Positions 9,061-16,365 of a stretch of 64,000 nucleotides of DNA are shown here, piece after piece; within the stretch, counting starts at the first letter, position 1; every line of letters starts with the position of its first letter. Origin of the DNA: a virus (lineage: Duplodnaviria; Heunggongvirae; Uroviricota; Caudoviricetes); IMG/VR virus record IMGVR_UViG_3300027710_000010, positions 53,763 through 117,762 of that record, one strand, 5' to 3'. Under the pieces are notes generated by a model. It saw nothing but the letters and a program-made list of their open reading frames with translations, was not told the DNA's origin and did not search any database. A program made the translations under genes and the position numbers.

Positions 9061-9135
9061 TGGTCCATGCTCTGAGAATCGAACTCAGTTCCTCCGGTTA
9101 AGAGCCGGTTACTTCGCCACTAAAGTTTAGCATGG
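9061..9135 (-). tRNA. tRNA-Lys (CTT)
   Basis: CCATGCT-AA-ACTT-TAGTGGCG-AAGT-A-ACCGG-CTCTTAA-CCGGA..CTGAG-TTCGATT-CTCAG-AGCATGG-A-CCA. Confidence 0.8.
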
Positions 9136-9581
9136 GTGTTCGTATTAGAATTATCTTTTACGTGCCACCTTAGACCATACGGGGGATCTAAGGGACACTA
9201 AAGTTTAGCTGAGCTTCGCTTCATTGTGTTTCCTCTTTTGTTGAATTAGTACAAGTTGTTCGCCGCACAACTTGTAAAGCGGGGGTCTGTTGAATTTGTT
9301 AAAGTAGTTCCCCCATCGTTATAGGAACCATTCACCCGTGTAATAAACTCGAGCAGGACTCGGTACGTTACTTGGGATCCATCCAGATGATACTCACTGT
9401 ATACCGATCCCACCGAAGCGATCAGTCGGGCAACGAACCCGCATCCTTTTACTATATCAGTAGTTCGAACATACCTTTATAGCGTGACTTCTCTTGCTAA
9501 CACTCTAACAAAACTTGGAGCAGAACATTTCTGTTTTTATTCGTATACAGGAATATTACTCCATATACAAACTGCATAACT

Positions 9582-9703
9582 TGGTGTCGCAGCCGGGATT
9601 CGAACCCGGATCTCTTCCTTGACATGGAATGTTGTAAGTTGCTGACTGTATCCTTAACAGGATAACCTTTATATAAGCGTCCTAACCATTAGACGACTGC
9701 GAC
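9582..9703 (-). tRNA. tRNA-Asp (GTC)-like gene with ~48-nt insertion between D-arm and anticodon stem (intron-containing or pseudogene)
   Basis: 3' half canonical (anticodon loop ATGTCAA, T-arm CCGGG-TTCGAAT-CCCGG, CCA); 5' acceptor GTCGCAG and D-arm found ~48 nt farther than expected; the insertion carries the AACAGGAT motif. Confidence 0.4.
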
Positions 9704-9806
9704 AAAATTGGCGGAAGGATGGCGTAATCGAAACCCTGGGCATCACTGCCTCCACCTGTGTTCAAAACAGGGCCAGCATCCCCGGCTGGACAACCTTCCA
9801 TTGTTT

Positions 9807-9883
9807 GGTACCCAAGGTCGGACTCGAACCGACACGATTCTCCTTTTGAGAGAGACGCCTCATACCAATTGGGCTACTTGGGC
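9807..9883 (-). tRNA. tRNA with anticodon CAA (Leu) but short variable arm
   Basis: GCCCAAG-TA-GCC..(12-nt D-loop)..GGC-G-TCTCT-CTCAAAA-GGAGA-ATCGT-GTCGG-TTCGAGT-CCGAC-CTTGGGT-A-CCA; class I architecture is unusual for Leu. Confidence 0.55.
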
Positions 9884-9898
9884 ATAAAACTTATTAGG

Positions 9899-9969
9899 GG
9901 TGACTAACGGGAGTTGAACCCGTACTACCAGAGTCACAGTCTAGGTTGCTACCATTACAACATAGTCAC
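9899..9969 (-). tRNA. tRNA-His (GTG)
   Basis: GTGACTA-TG-TTGT-AATGGTA-GCAA-C-CTAGA-CTGTGAC-TCTGG..ACGGG-TTCAACT-CCCGT-TAGTCAC-C; no CCA encoded. Confidence 0.7.
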
Positions 9970-9981
9970 ACCTAATAAGTC

Positions 9982-10058
9982 TTGGTAGTTCCTACAAGAT
10001 TTGAACTTGTGACCTTCACCGTGTCGAGGTGTTGCTCTACCAACTGAGCTAAGGAACT
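9982..10058 (-). tRNA. tRNA-Val (GAC), anticodon loop with C33
   Basis: AGTTCCT-TA-GCTC-AGTTGGTA-GAGC-A-ACACC-TCGACAC-GGTGA..ACAAG-TTCAAAT-CTTGT-AGGAACT-A-CCA; position 33 is C rather than U. Confidence 0.6.
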
Positions 10059-10061
10059 AAA

Positions 10062-10133
10062 TGGTGCCTCTGAGTAGATTCGAACTACTATAACCTGGCT
10101 TAGAAGGCCTGGCACTGCTCCATCAGCAGAGGC
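10062..10133 (-). tRNA. tRNA-Arg (TCT) with irregular D-arm
   Basis: Anticodon loop CTTCTAA, T-arm AGTAG-TTCGAAT-CTACT, acceptor GCCTCTG/CAGAGGC perfect; D-arm does not fold canonically. Confidence 0.5.
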
Positions 10134-10257
10134 AAATTAAACAGGATAGATTTAACATAGTGCTACCGTTACACCAAACCTTTCGGCTACGGAGTCGAAC
10201 CGTTCCTTTTCTTTTCAAGAGAAGTGAGTTATAATGTTTGCTGTTACTATCCTAAAC
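10134..10257 (-). other. tRNA-like fragment flanked by ATCCTGTTT motif and TTTGCTGTTACTATCCTAAACTGG motif
   Basis: Isolated T-arm-like CGG-TTCGACT-CCG without a matching acceptor; same architecture as 4786-4925. Confidence 0.3.
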
Positions 10258-10334
10258 TGGTACCCGCGGAAGGATTCGAACCTCCGACTCCCACGTTCGT
10301 AGCGTAGTACTCTAGTCCACTGAGTTACGCGGGT
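10258..10334 (-). tRNA. tRNA-Arg (ACG)
   Basis: ACCCGCG-TA-ACTC-AGTGGACTA-GAGT-A-CTACG-CTACGAA-CGTGG-GAGTC-GGAGG-TTCGAAT-CCTTC-CGCGGGT-A-CCA. Confidence 0.8.
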
Positions 10335-10394
10335 ATAATAAAACAGGATGCCTTTTTTGATACGGCTTGAAAGCCGTTGCTCAACCGCTGAGCG

Positions 10395-10465
10395 AATCTG
10401 CCATAAGGCAAATGTTGGAATCGAACCAACGTGTCATAAATGACGTTGCTGTAAGCATCCTTAAC
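10395..10465 (-). pseudogene. tRNA-like fragment (T-arm only)
   Basis: GTTGG-aatcgaa-CCAAC T-arm but no foldable acceptor or anticodon arm. Confidence 0.3.
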
Positions 10466-10540
10466 TTGGCACCCGGACTAGGGATCGAACCTAGGCTAAC
10501 AGAGTCAAAGTCTGTTGTGCTACCATTACACAATCCGGGA
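10466..10540 (-). tRNA. tRNA-Gln (TTG)
   Basis: Plus strand anticodon arm ACAGA-gtCAAag-TCTGT (codon CAA); T-arm CTAGG-gatcgaa-CCTAG; CCA encoded; position 1-72 mismatched. Confidence 0.7.
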
Positions 10541-10547
10541 ATAAAAT

Positions 10548-10625
10548 TGGTCTCCATGGTAGGATTCGAACCTACAGCCTCCTGACTCCAGATCAGGCCG
10601 TCTACCAGATTGACATTACACAGAG
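10548..10625 (-). tRNA. tRNA, anticodon ambiguous (loop TCTGGAG: TGG-Pro with C33, or GGA)
   Basis: CTCTGTG.. CCTGA-TCTGGAG-TCAGG-AGGCT-GTAGG-TTCGAAT-CCTAC-CATGGAG-A-CCA; good stems but non-canonical loop register. Confidence 0.5.
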
Positions 10626-10817
10626 ATATTTCTCTTACCGGCCGGACTTACACCGGCAATATACTAGATACGTTAAATCTAGCCTTCCTAATGATACGTG
10701 CTTTCTTCACACGAATGACGATAAATTTAATGTAAGGCTATGCGAGCTCATCTGCATACTTAGGCTTTTTGTCTTCTCCTGCCCGGGCAGTTACGACTGT
10801 AGCGTCACCTTAAAACT

Positions 10818-10889
10818 TGGAGCGGGCTACAGGCATCGAACCTGCATCTTTCGGCTTGGAAGGCCAAACGTATTCCTCTAACAACCCGC
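10818..10889 (-). tRNA. tRNA-Gly (TCC)-like, second copy, irregular D-arm
   Basis: GCGGGTT... TTGGC-CTTCCAA-GCCGA..GCAGG-TTCGATG-CCTGT-AGCCCGC-T-CCA. Confidence 0.5.
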
Positions 10890-10896
10890 ATAAACT

Positions 10897-10971
10897 TGGT
10901 GGAGACCGAGGGAATCGAACCCTTCTAGTCAAGTATCTTGCAAGGATACTCCGTAACCCATTACTGCCCCC
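10897..10971 (-). tRNA. tRNA-Ala (TGC)-like, atypical (6-bp anticodon stem, 4-nt D-loop)
   Basis: GGGGGCA..GTAA-TGGG-TTAC..AGTATC-CTTGCAA-GATACT..AGGG-TTCGATT-CCCT-GGTCTCC-A-CCA. Confidence 0.45.
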
Positions 10972-10973
10972 AT

Positions 10974-11055
10974 TATAGAAACACACTTAAACAGTCCATA
11001 AGCGGTTACTCGCTGACTCCCTAGGTAACAGGGCGGATCTGTATGTGTTTCTATA
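10974..11055. repeat. 11-13 bp inverted repeat TATAGAAACACAC ... GTGTTTCTATA flanking ~60 nt
   Basis: Seen directly at 10974-10986 and 11045-11055 between two tRNA genes. Confidence 0.6.
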
Positions 11056-11056
11056 A

Positions 11057-11134
11057 TGGCTGTCCGACTAGGGATCGAACCTAGCTCATTCTTCGTTAAC
11101 AGCGAAGCGCCTACACCATGCTTGCTCTCGGACA
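11057..11134 (-). tRNA. tRNA-Asn (GTT), second copy
   Basis: TGTCCGA... CTTCG-CTGTTAA-CGAAG..CTAGG-TTCGATC-CCTAG-TCGGACA-G-CCA; U1-A72. Confidence 0.7.
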
Positions 11135-11144
11135 ATAAATTTTT

Positions 11145-11217
11145 GGTATCGCGTACGGGGATCGAACCCGCCTGAGTAAGTTGAAAGCCTACGGACCTCA
11201 CCAGAAGTCAAACGCGA
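11145..11217 (-). tRNA. tRNA-Glu (TTC), second copy
   Basis: ATCGCGT-TT-GACT-TCTGGTGA-GGTC-C-GTAGG-CTTTCAA-CTTAC-TCAG-GCGGG-TTCGATC-CCCGT-ACGCGAT-A-CCA. Confidence 0.7.
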
Positions 11218-11287
11218 TGTAATAAACAGGATGCTTATTTTTCAATTAAAAGTTGAATTTTTGAATTTGCTGTTCGCATCCTAAAAT

Positions 11288-11361
11288 TGGTGCCCCATGA
11301 CAGAATCGAACTGCCGTAACCTGATTACAAAACAGGTGTAATGCCATTATACTAATAGGGC
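11288..11361 (-). tRNA. tRNA-Thr (TGT), second copy
   Basis: Anticodon arm CCTG(A)-ttACAaa-(A)CAGG (codon ACA); T-arm ACAG-aatcgaa-CTGC; acceptor GCCCTAT/ATGGGGC; CCA. Confidence 0.65.
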
Positions 11362-11438
11362 GAAAAAAACAGGATAGCATCTTTTTAGATTTTCGTATAA
11401 AGAAAAGTTTTATTAAGTTTGCTGTTACTATCCTAAAC

Positions 11439-11512
11439 TGGAGCGGGTAGCGAGAATCGAACTCGCGAATAAACCTTGGCAAGGTTTCAGGTTACCATTA
11501 CATCATACCCGC
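11439..11512 (-). tRNA. tRNA-Gly (GCC)
   Basis: Anticodon arm AAACC-ttGGCaa-GGTTT (codon GGC); T-arm GCGAG-aatcgaa-CTCGC; acceptor GCGGGTA/TACCCGC; CCA. Confidence 0.8.
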
Positions 11513-11518
11513 ATTAAC

Positions 11519-11593
11519 TTGGCGTACCTCCAGAGACTCGAACTCCGACGAACAGTTTTGGAGACTGTCATGCTGCCATTACATTAGAGATAC
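11519..11593 (-). tRNA. tRNA-Trp (CCA)
   Basis: Anticodon arm ACAGT-ttTGGag-ACTGT (codon TGG); T-arm and acceptor (GTATCTC/GAGGTAC) fold; CCA. Confidence 0.7.
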
Positions 11594-11599
11594 ACTAAT

Positions 11600-11675
11600 T
11601 GGCGCCTCGTAGGGGTTTCGATCCCCTTGCCTCCGCAGTGACAGTGCGGTGCTCTCCCGATTGAGCTAACGAAGC
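11600..11675 (-). tRNA. tRNA-Asp (GTC)
   Basis: Anticodon arm CCGCA-gtGACag-TGCGG (codon GAC); D-arm GCTC-tcccgatt-GAGC; T-arm AGGGG-tttcgat-CCCCT; CCA. Confidence 0.8.
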
Positions 11676-11680
11676 ATAAT

Positions 11681-11754
11681 TGGTTCCTCCAACAAGAATC
11701 GAACTTGTAATGACCGGTTATCAGCCGATTGTTATACCATTTAACTATAGAGGA
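11681..11754 (-). tRNA. tRNA-Ile (GAT)
   Basis: tRNA anticodon arm ATCGG-CTGATAA-CCGGT; T-arm ACAAG-TTCGATT-CTTGT; acceptor TCCTCTA/TGGAGGA; CCA. Confidence 0.75.
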
Positions 11755-11759
11755 ATAAT

Positions 11760-11837
11760 TGGAGTACGGGGAGGGAGTCGAACCCTCGGTTTTACGATTT
11801 TGCAGACCGTTGCATTGGGCCTCTCTGCCACCCGTAC
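11760..11837 (-). tRNA. tRNA-Cys (GCA)
   Basis: GTACGGG-TG-GCA-(11-nt loop)-TGC-A-ACGGT-CTGCAAA-ATCGT..GAGGG-TTCGACT-CCCTC-CCCGTAC-T-CCA. Confidence 0.7.
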
Positions 11838-11843
11838 ATGTTT

Positions 11844-11919
11844 TGGTGGTAATGATTGGATTTGAACCAATAACACTCTCCGTATGAAGGAGGAAGACTA
11901 CCATTGTCCTACATTACCA
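11844..11919 (-). tRNA. tRNA-Met (CAT), elongator-type (or Ile2 if lysidinylated)
   Basis: GGTAATG-TA-GGAC-AATGGTA-GTCT-T-CCTCC-TTCATAC-GGAGA-GTGTT-ATTGG-TTCAAAT-CCAAT-CATTACC-A-CCA. Confidence 0.7.
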
Positions 11920-11924
11920 TAATT

Positions 11925-12008
11925 GGTGGAGTATCCTGGGATCGAACCAGGCGTGCCCGAAGGCGGCGGATTTACAGTCCACTGCATCACCATTGATGCT
12001 TCTACTCC
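11925..12008 (-). tRNA. tRNA-Tyr (GTA), type II
   Basis: 84 nt; anticodon arm GTGGA-CTGTAAA-TCCGC identical in loop to E. coli tRNA-Tyr; 3-bp D-stem, long variable arm; CCA. Confidence 0.75.
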
Positions 12009-12013
12009 ATGTT

Positions 12014-12088
12014 TGGCGCCGCCGACGGGAATCGAACCCGCCTTAGTTGGATAGACAATCCAGTGCCCTCCCAGAGGACTACAACGGC
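12014..12088 (-). tRNA. tRNA with atypical anticodon loop TTGTCTA (GTC with pyrimidine at 37); identity uncertain
   Basis: GCCGTTG-TA-GTCC-TCTGGGA-GGGC-A-CTGGA-TTGTCTA-TCCAA-CTAAG-GCGGG-TTCGATT-CCCGT-CGGCGGC-G-CCA. Confidence 0.45.
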
Positions 12089-12092
12089 AAAT

Positions 12093-12178
12093 TGGTGGAT
12101 GTGGTAAGATTCGAACTTACTACACTATGTGAACGAGGTTACAGCTCGCCGTGGCTCTCCAGCTCCGACCGCACATCC
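12093..12178 (-). tRNA. type II tRNA with anticodon GTA (second Tyr-like)
   Basis: 86 nt; anticodon arm GCGAG-CTGTAAC-CTCGT, variable arm CAC-ata-GTG, T-arm GTAAG-TTCGAAT-CTTAC, acceptor GGATGTG/CACATCC, CCA. Confidence 0.6.
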
Positions 12179-12610
12179 ATTAATTGTTAACACACTCTCC
12201 GCTATGCGTTTTGATGTTCGTCAAAGGAACAAAAGAGAATGTGTATATTAAAACACACTAACGACATAGGCAATTGGATCTCCCTGTCTAACCGAACCAA
12301 CTTCGGCAGTATGCTTTAATATAACTAGTATTTTTTTATCCACATAAGGATAAGCCATCCACTAGTCCGCCCGTTCACGACATGTTTAAAGTGTGTCGCC
12401 CGGGCCTCGTTCCCGTACTTTATTACACTGTGCGATTCAAACGACACCCTTGAGCGTCTCTCGCTTTACTAATACTGCATTGTGATACTGTCTAGCACGA
12501 CTTATCTTAGCATCAAGCAACTGTTTAAATTGCTCTTTGTTTAGAGTATGCTGTCTAGTAAACTCTGCTTCTCTAATCTTCTTATCTACCATTTTTCCTA
12601 AGCGGAAAAC

Positions 12611-12645
12611 AAAAAACCCTAGTTATTTCTAACTAGGGTCCTTTT
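12611..12645 (-). terminator. rho-independent terminator
   Basis: Hairpin CCCTAGTTA-tttc-TAACTAGGG with flanking A/T runs. Confidence 0.55.
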
Positions 12646-12837
12646 GAAATTGCTATGTAAGTGTTACGTTACATCGCGTCCTCCAAGGACCCTAATCTAG
12701 GTGTGCGATCTGATTCTAGACTAATAGTATTAATCGCTAACCAATAAGACGGCATTACGCCGCCACATTTGGCTATCGTATTAAACTGATGTTGTCTAAA
12801 AGTTGATTGCATTTGTTTTCTCTTCAAAATTGTTAGT

Positions 12838-13125
12838 AAGCACCATTACTTGCTAACATGTGTTTATTATAGTGTCTTTTACGACACTTGTCAACAACTT
12901 TCTGCATTTATTTTTGTTGTATTTCTACAACAACTACGAACACATTGCTTGCTAACTTGTCTCTATTATATAGCATTTCTGCTACCTTGTCAACACTTTT
13001 GGTAAACTTTCTTTGTTGTATTTTCACAACACTTACGGACTACCTTCTTTGCTAACTTGTCTCTATTATATAACAGTATGTAGCCTTTGTCAACATCTTT
13101 CTTGTTGTATTTGAACAACAAATTT
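12838..13125 (+). promoter_or_regulatory. three tandem ~95-bp repeats, each with a promoter-like element (ATTGCTTGCTAACTTGTCTCTATTATATA) and a hairpin TTGTTGTATTTnnACAACA; candidate tandem promoters for the plus-strand operon starting at 13283
   Basis: Direct repeats at 12838-12936, 12937-13035 and 13036-13125; TTGCTT/TATATA-like hexamers with ~16-bp spacing. Confidence 0.5.
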
Positions 13126-13282
13126 TGACAAAAGAACTTCTGTAACACAATGATTGTATTATAGTTTTATTTATATCTTTTGTCAAGAACCATATTGAAA
13201 TGTGGTATTTTTACGACATTCACGAATCGCCTGTACTACAAAAGCACCCCTATAAATAAAAACATTATACAAAGGATTAACA

Positions 13283-14053
13283 ATGCCGTCAATGAGCGAG
13301 TACACTTCCGAATGGAATACTTACAAACTTAAAACTGAAACTGATCGAGGTATTATCGAAATCAAGTGGAGTGATGCAGACACACTTGCTCAATGGTCAA
13401 ACATTCAAGCAGGATTGTATTTGCAGAACGAAGCATCATCTAGACAACTCTTTTACGAACACTTTACTAGATGGTATCAAATGTTTTGGAATCAACGATT
13501 CCGTCAGGGCATTTTTAATCTAGCCGACGATGCAGTTATTATGGACATTGGATCAGGAGTGGCCGTAATCGACTTGCTCCTTGCCAAATACTTGCCCAAG
13601 TCTAAATTCTACTTATTAGACAAAGAAGGGTTTGAATTTTATCCAGGGGTTTACTACGACCCCAAGTATCCCGAGTACCATAATTGGTCTCCAGTCATTG
13701 ATGCTATCAAGACCAACGGGTTTGATGCTGACAGATTTACAATTTTAAATCAAGATTCCACTTTCCCAGAACAGGTAGATTGCATCACTTCTTACTTGTC
13801 GTGGGGTTGGCATTATCCTAAAGATGTCTATTGGAACAAGGTAATGGCTAGTTTAAAAGTAGGCGGCATGCTAGTAATGGATATACGACCATTAGAGGAC
13901 AGAGATATCATTGCAGAAATTAGTGAAGATCTAAAAGCTGAACCAGTACTTCATCCTTTTGAAATCAAGTTGCCCAAACACGTAGATGCTAGACCATCAC
14001 CTGATCCCTCAAAACCATCCGGTCACAGAGCTATGTGGATTAGAAAGGGATAA
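13283..14053 (+). CDS. methyltransferase-like Rossmann-fold protein
   Basis: IMDIGSGVAVIDLL resembles SAM-MTase motif I; RBS AAAGGA 7 nt upstream. Confidence 0.5.
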   Translation: MPSMSEYTSEWNTYKLKTETDRGIIEIKWSDADTLAQWSNIQAGLYLQNEASSRQLFYEHFTRWYQMFWNQRFRQGIFNLADDAVIMDIGSGVAVIDLLLAKYLPKSKFYLLDKEGFEFYPGVYYDPKYPEYHNWSPVIDAIKTNGFDADRFTILNQDSTFPEQVDCITSYLSWGWHYPKDVYWNKVMASLKVGGMLVMDIRPLEDRDIIAEISEDLKAEPVLHPFEIKLPKHVDARPSPDPSKPSGHRAMWIRKG

Positions 14054-14055
14054 TC

Positions 14056-14691
14056 ATGTTTGAACCCGGTATCGCAAGGGATATTTTCCCTATTAAGATT
14101 TACGAAGCAGAGTTTCCAAACTTTGAGACAATTCAGGAGCGTATACAGACTGCAATTATGCCCTACTTTGATAACCCAGCTTCGGGTAATGAATACGTTA
14201 GTGGTGACGGAACTGCTATGATTATTCGTACGGGTAATGACTTGCACAAAGATCCGTTGTTTAAAGAAGTCACAGAGTTTATCGAGTTTCATGGAAGAGA
14301 GTACTGGAAACAAATTGTCTACACAACACGAGTTGATCCTTATATACTACAAATGTGGGCTAATGATATACCCCCTGGTGGATTTACTCCTGCACACAAT
14401 CATAATCCTGTTCCTATCGGTGGCGCTTTTTATATCAACGCTACTCCAGACAAGGGTAATTTATATTTAGAAGATCCTTTAGAAATGGTTCATGGTAAAG
14501 CTCCGCGTGACTATATGCATAAGCCTTATCTATACACAGAAACAATTACAGTAAAGCCTGGTAAACTTGTTATGTTCCCAGGCTGGATGAGACATCATAC
14601 TAGAAGTAATATGACACAAGAAAATCGTTATGTGCTAGGTTTTAATATAGGTGCTTGGCTAAACTTTATGCCGAAACCCACTGGCCAGTAA
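14056..14691 (+). CDS. putative 2OG-Fe(II) oxygenase-fold protein (paralog A)
   Basis: Shares motifs HNH..GGAFYINA..NLYLEDP and MFPGWMRHHTRSN with the convergent paralog at 14666..15289. Confidence 0.5.
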   Translation: MFEPGIARDIFPIKIYEAEFPNFETIQERIQTAIMPYFDNPASGNEYVSGDGTAMIIRTGNDLHKDPLFKEVTEFIEFHGREYWKQIVYTTRVDPYILQMWANDIPPGGFTPAHNHNPVPIGGAFYINATPDKGNLYLEDPLEMVHGKAPRDYMHKPYLYTETITVKPGKLVMFPGWMRHHTRSNMTQENRYVLGFNIGAWLNFMPKPTGQ

Positions 14692-15289
14692 GATAGCTAC
14701 CTGTAGATCCAAAGTTAACGCCTAGTATTAGGCGTTTTTCATTTGTGGTGTTTGGTTTCACATGATGTCTAATCCAACCAGGAAATAGTATAAAGTCGCC
14801 TGATTCAACTTCGACTTCATAATGTAAATGTTCCTGTGCCTTATAGTCCATCGGCTGCGAAGCAAGAATAGCATCTAATGGATTTTCTATTACTAAGTTT
14901 CCCATTGCTTTGTTAGCGTTCACATACAATACACCAGTCAATGGCATTGCGCCGTGTAAATGACTTCGTACCCATCCGCTATGAGGAGTCTCGTTTGCCC
15001 ATACCTGTATAACTTTAGGTTCCAGCAAGTCTGAGTATTTTAGTTCTTTCCAGTAAATCCTTGCGTGTTCTTCTGCGAACTCTATTAGTTCTTTTGTTTC
15101 TGGAAAAGATTGCAGGAACGAGTTCGTATGGTATGTACACAGTGTTCCGTCCTGCATGGACTCAACATTATTGTCTTTTGTTTGCTCAAACAATGCTGTT
15201 AACTTGGGGAACAAGTTATTTTTAACATCATCTACATTGTTATATTTTGTCTTATAGATTTTAATAGCAAACAAATCTAATGTATTCAT
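14666..15289 (-). CDS. putative 2OG-Fe(II) oxygenase-fold protein (paralog B)
   Basis: SHLHG..GVLYVNA..NLVIENP and LFPGWIRHHVKPN; paralogous to 14056..14691. Confidence 0.5.
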   Translation of the reverse strand: MNTLDLFAIKIYKTKYNNVDDVKNNLFPKLTALFEQTKDNNVESMQDGTLCTYHTNSFLQSFPETKELIEFAEEHARIYWKELKYSDLLEPKVIQVWANETPHSGWVRSHLHGAMPLTGVLYVNANKAMGNLVIENPLDAILASQPMDYKAQEHLHYEVEVESGDFILFPGWIRHHVKPNTTNEKRLILGVNFGSTGSYLTGQWVSA

Positions 15290-15849
15290 TCGTCTTGTTT
15301 CCTGGTTATGTCTGCATAACCATCTACTACATACGCATCAGGATTAAACCTTTTAATTAACGCTTCTTGCAATGGACCTACTGTGGGTCCTTTCCACATG
15401 CTGGCAACTGTTGTGGGCTCTCTTGTTTTCCAATGTTGGAATGCTACTAATGGAAATCCTATTTTTTCGGCTTCTAATCGTAATCCTGCGCCATGTGCTT
15501 CGCCATCTTTTAACGTGTTACTCATAATTGGAGTCTTAGTATTACCTAAACGCATTTTGATAACTTCTACTCCAGGATGTTCATGTGTAGGGACTTTTGG
15601 ATGAGGGTGGATTAGATACATTTCTACTTGAAATCTTCCGTGTCTAAAAATTGAAACCGCACTCGCATCGTCTGACAAGAACACTTCTGGATTTGGCGGA
15701 AACACAATTGGCATGCCATTTTCCATCCACCAGTCTGCAAACTCTTTTACATTGTTCCATGTTTTTGGAATTTCTAAATTTAGATGCGGATTTATCGATG
15801 GAAAGAATGACATGTTTAAATCTGGTCGATGAAAAACTATTTCACTCAT
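15286..15849 (-). CDS. cupin-domain protein (paralog 1)
   Basis: Cupin motif THEHPGVEVIKMRLG (HxHxxxE). Confidence 0.55.
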   Translation of the reverse strand: MSEIVFHRPDLNMSFFPSINPHLNLEIPKTWNNVKEFADWWMENGMPIVFPPNPEVFLSDDASAVSIFRHGRFQVEMYLIHPHPKVPTHEHPGVEVIKMRLGNTKTPIMSNTLKDGEAHGAGLRLEAEKIGFPLVAFQHWKTREPTTVASMWKGPTVGPLQEALIKRFNPDAYVVDGYADITRKQDE

Positions 15850-16343
15850 TTTGTTTGTCCTGTTGTAATTAAAGAGTTGTGTGTATCACCAGTCGTGTCA
15901 CCATGCCAGTGCGCCGCAACACTTGTAGGCTGGACATTATCTGGCCATTGTTCTATACTTAAAAATGCAAAGCCTTTGCCATAAGTCGTTAGCCCATGAG
16001 AATCTTTTGGGTTAAGACGGATTGACTGCTTGAACAGTATACTAGTGCCATCATTGTTAACTTTATTAAAATACGGTTTTGGGTCAGCTACTTCTTTACC
16101 GTTCACTGTAGTATTGCCTTCTCCTGTTAGAAACATTACAATACTTTCGACCCCAGGGTGACTATGCTCTGGAGTTACAGAATTAGGGTCACCTATGTAA
16201 AGTTCTGCTTGAAACTGTCCTTCCCTATATAGCACAACTGCACTGGCATTATCGGTCCTAAAAACTGCATTTTCCTGTGGCGGTCTAACAGGAAAATTAT
16301 TCTCTTCGTACCACTTAGCAAATTGTTCTACATTTTTCCACAT
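15846..16343 (-). CDS. cupin-domain protein (paralog 2)
   Basis: EHSHPGVESIVMFLTGEG; tandem paralog of the upstream cupin. Confidence 0.55.
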   Translation of the reverse strand: MWKNVEQFAKWYEENNFPVRPPQENAVFRTDNASAVVLYREGQFQAELYIGDPNSVTPEHSHPGVESIVMFLTGEGNTTVNGKEVADPKPYFNKVNNDGTSILFKQSIRLNPKDSHGLTTYGKGFAFLSIEQWPDNVQPTSVAAHWHGDTTGDTHNSLITTGQTK

Positions 16344-16365
16344 GCTGTATTTAGTGCAATATACA

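Noticed and set aside
10062-10133. Possible amber-suppressor tRNA (plus-strand loop reads CTTAGAA, suggesting codon TAG)
   Set aside because: That register gives no pairing anticodon stem. The register that pairs (CAGGC/GCCAG) gives loop CTTCTAA, anticodon TCT (Arg).
8823-11904. Plus-strand ORFs in the tRNA array (8823..9011, 10367..10585, 11680..11865) and minus-strand ORFs 10929..11201, 11246..11482, 11584..11904
   Set aside because: They overlap well-folded tRNA genes almost completely and have low-complexity, tRNA-shaped translations. They are artefacts of open frames through structured RNA genes.
12838-13125. Tandem repeats as a possible CRISPR array
   Set aside because: Units are ~95 bp, imperfect, lack repeat-spacer periodicity, and no cas genes are present. 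Promoter-like content fits regulatory tandem duplication instead.
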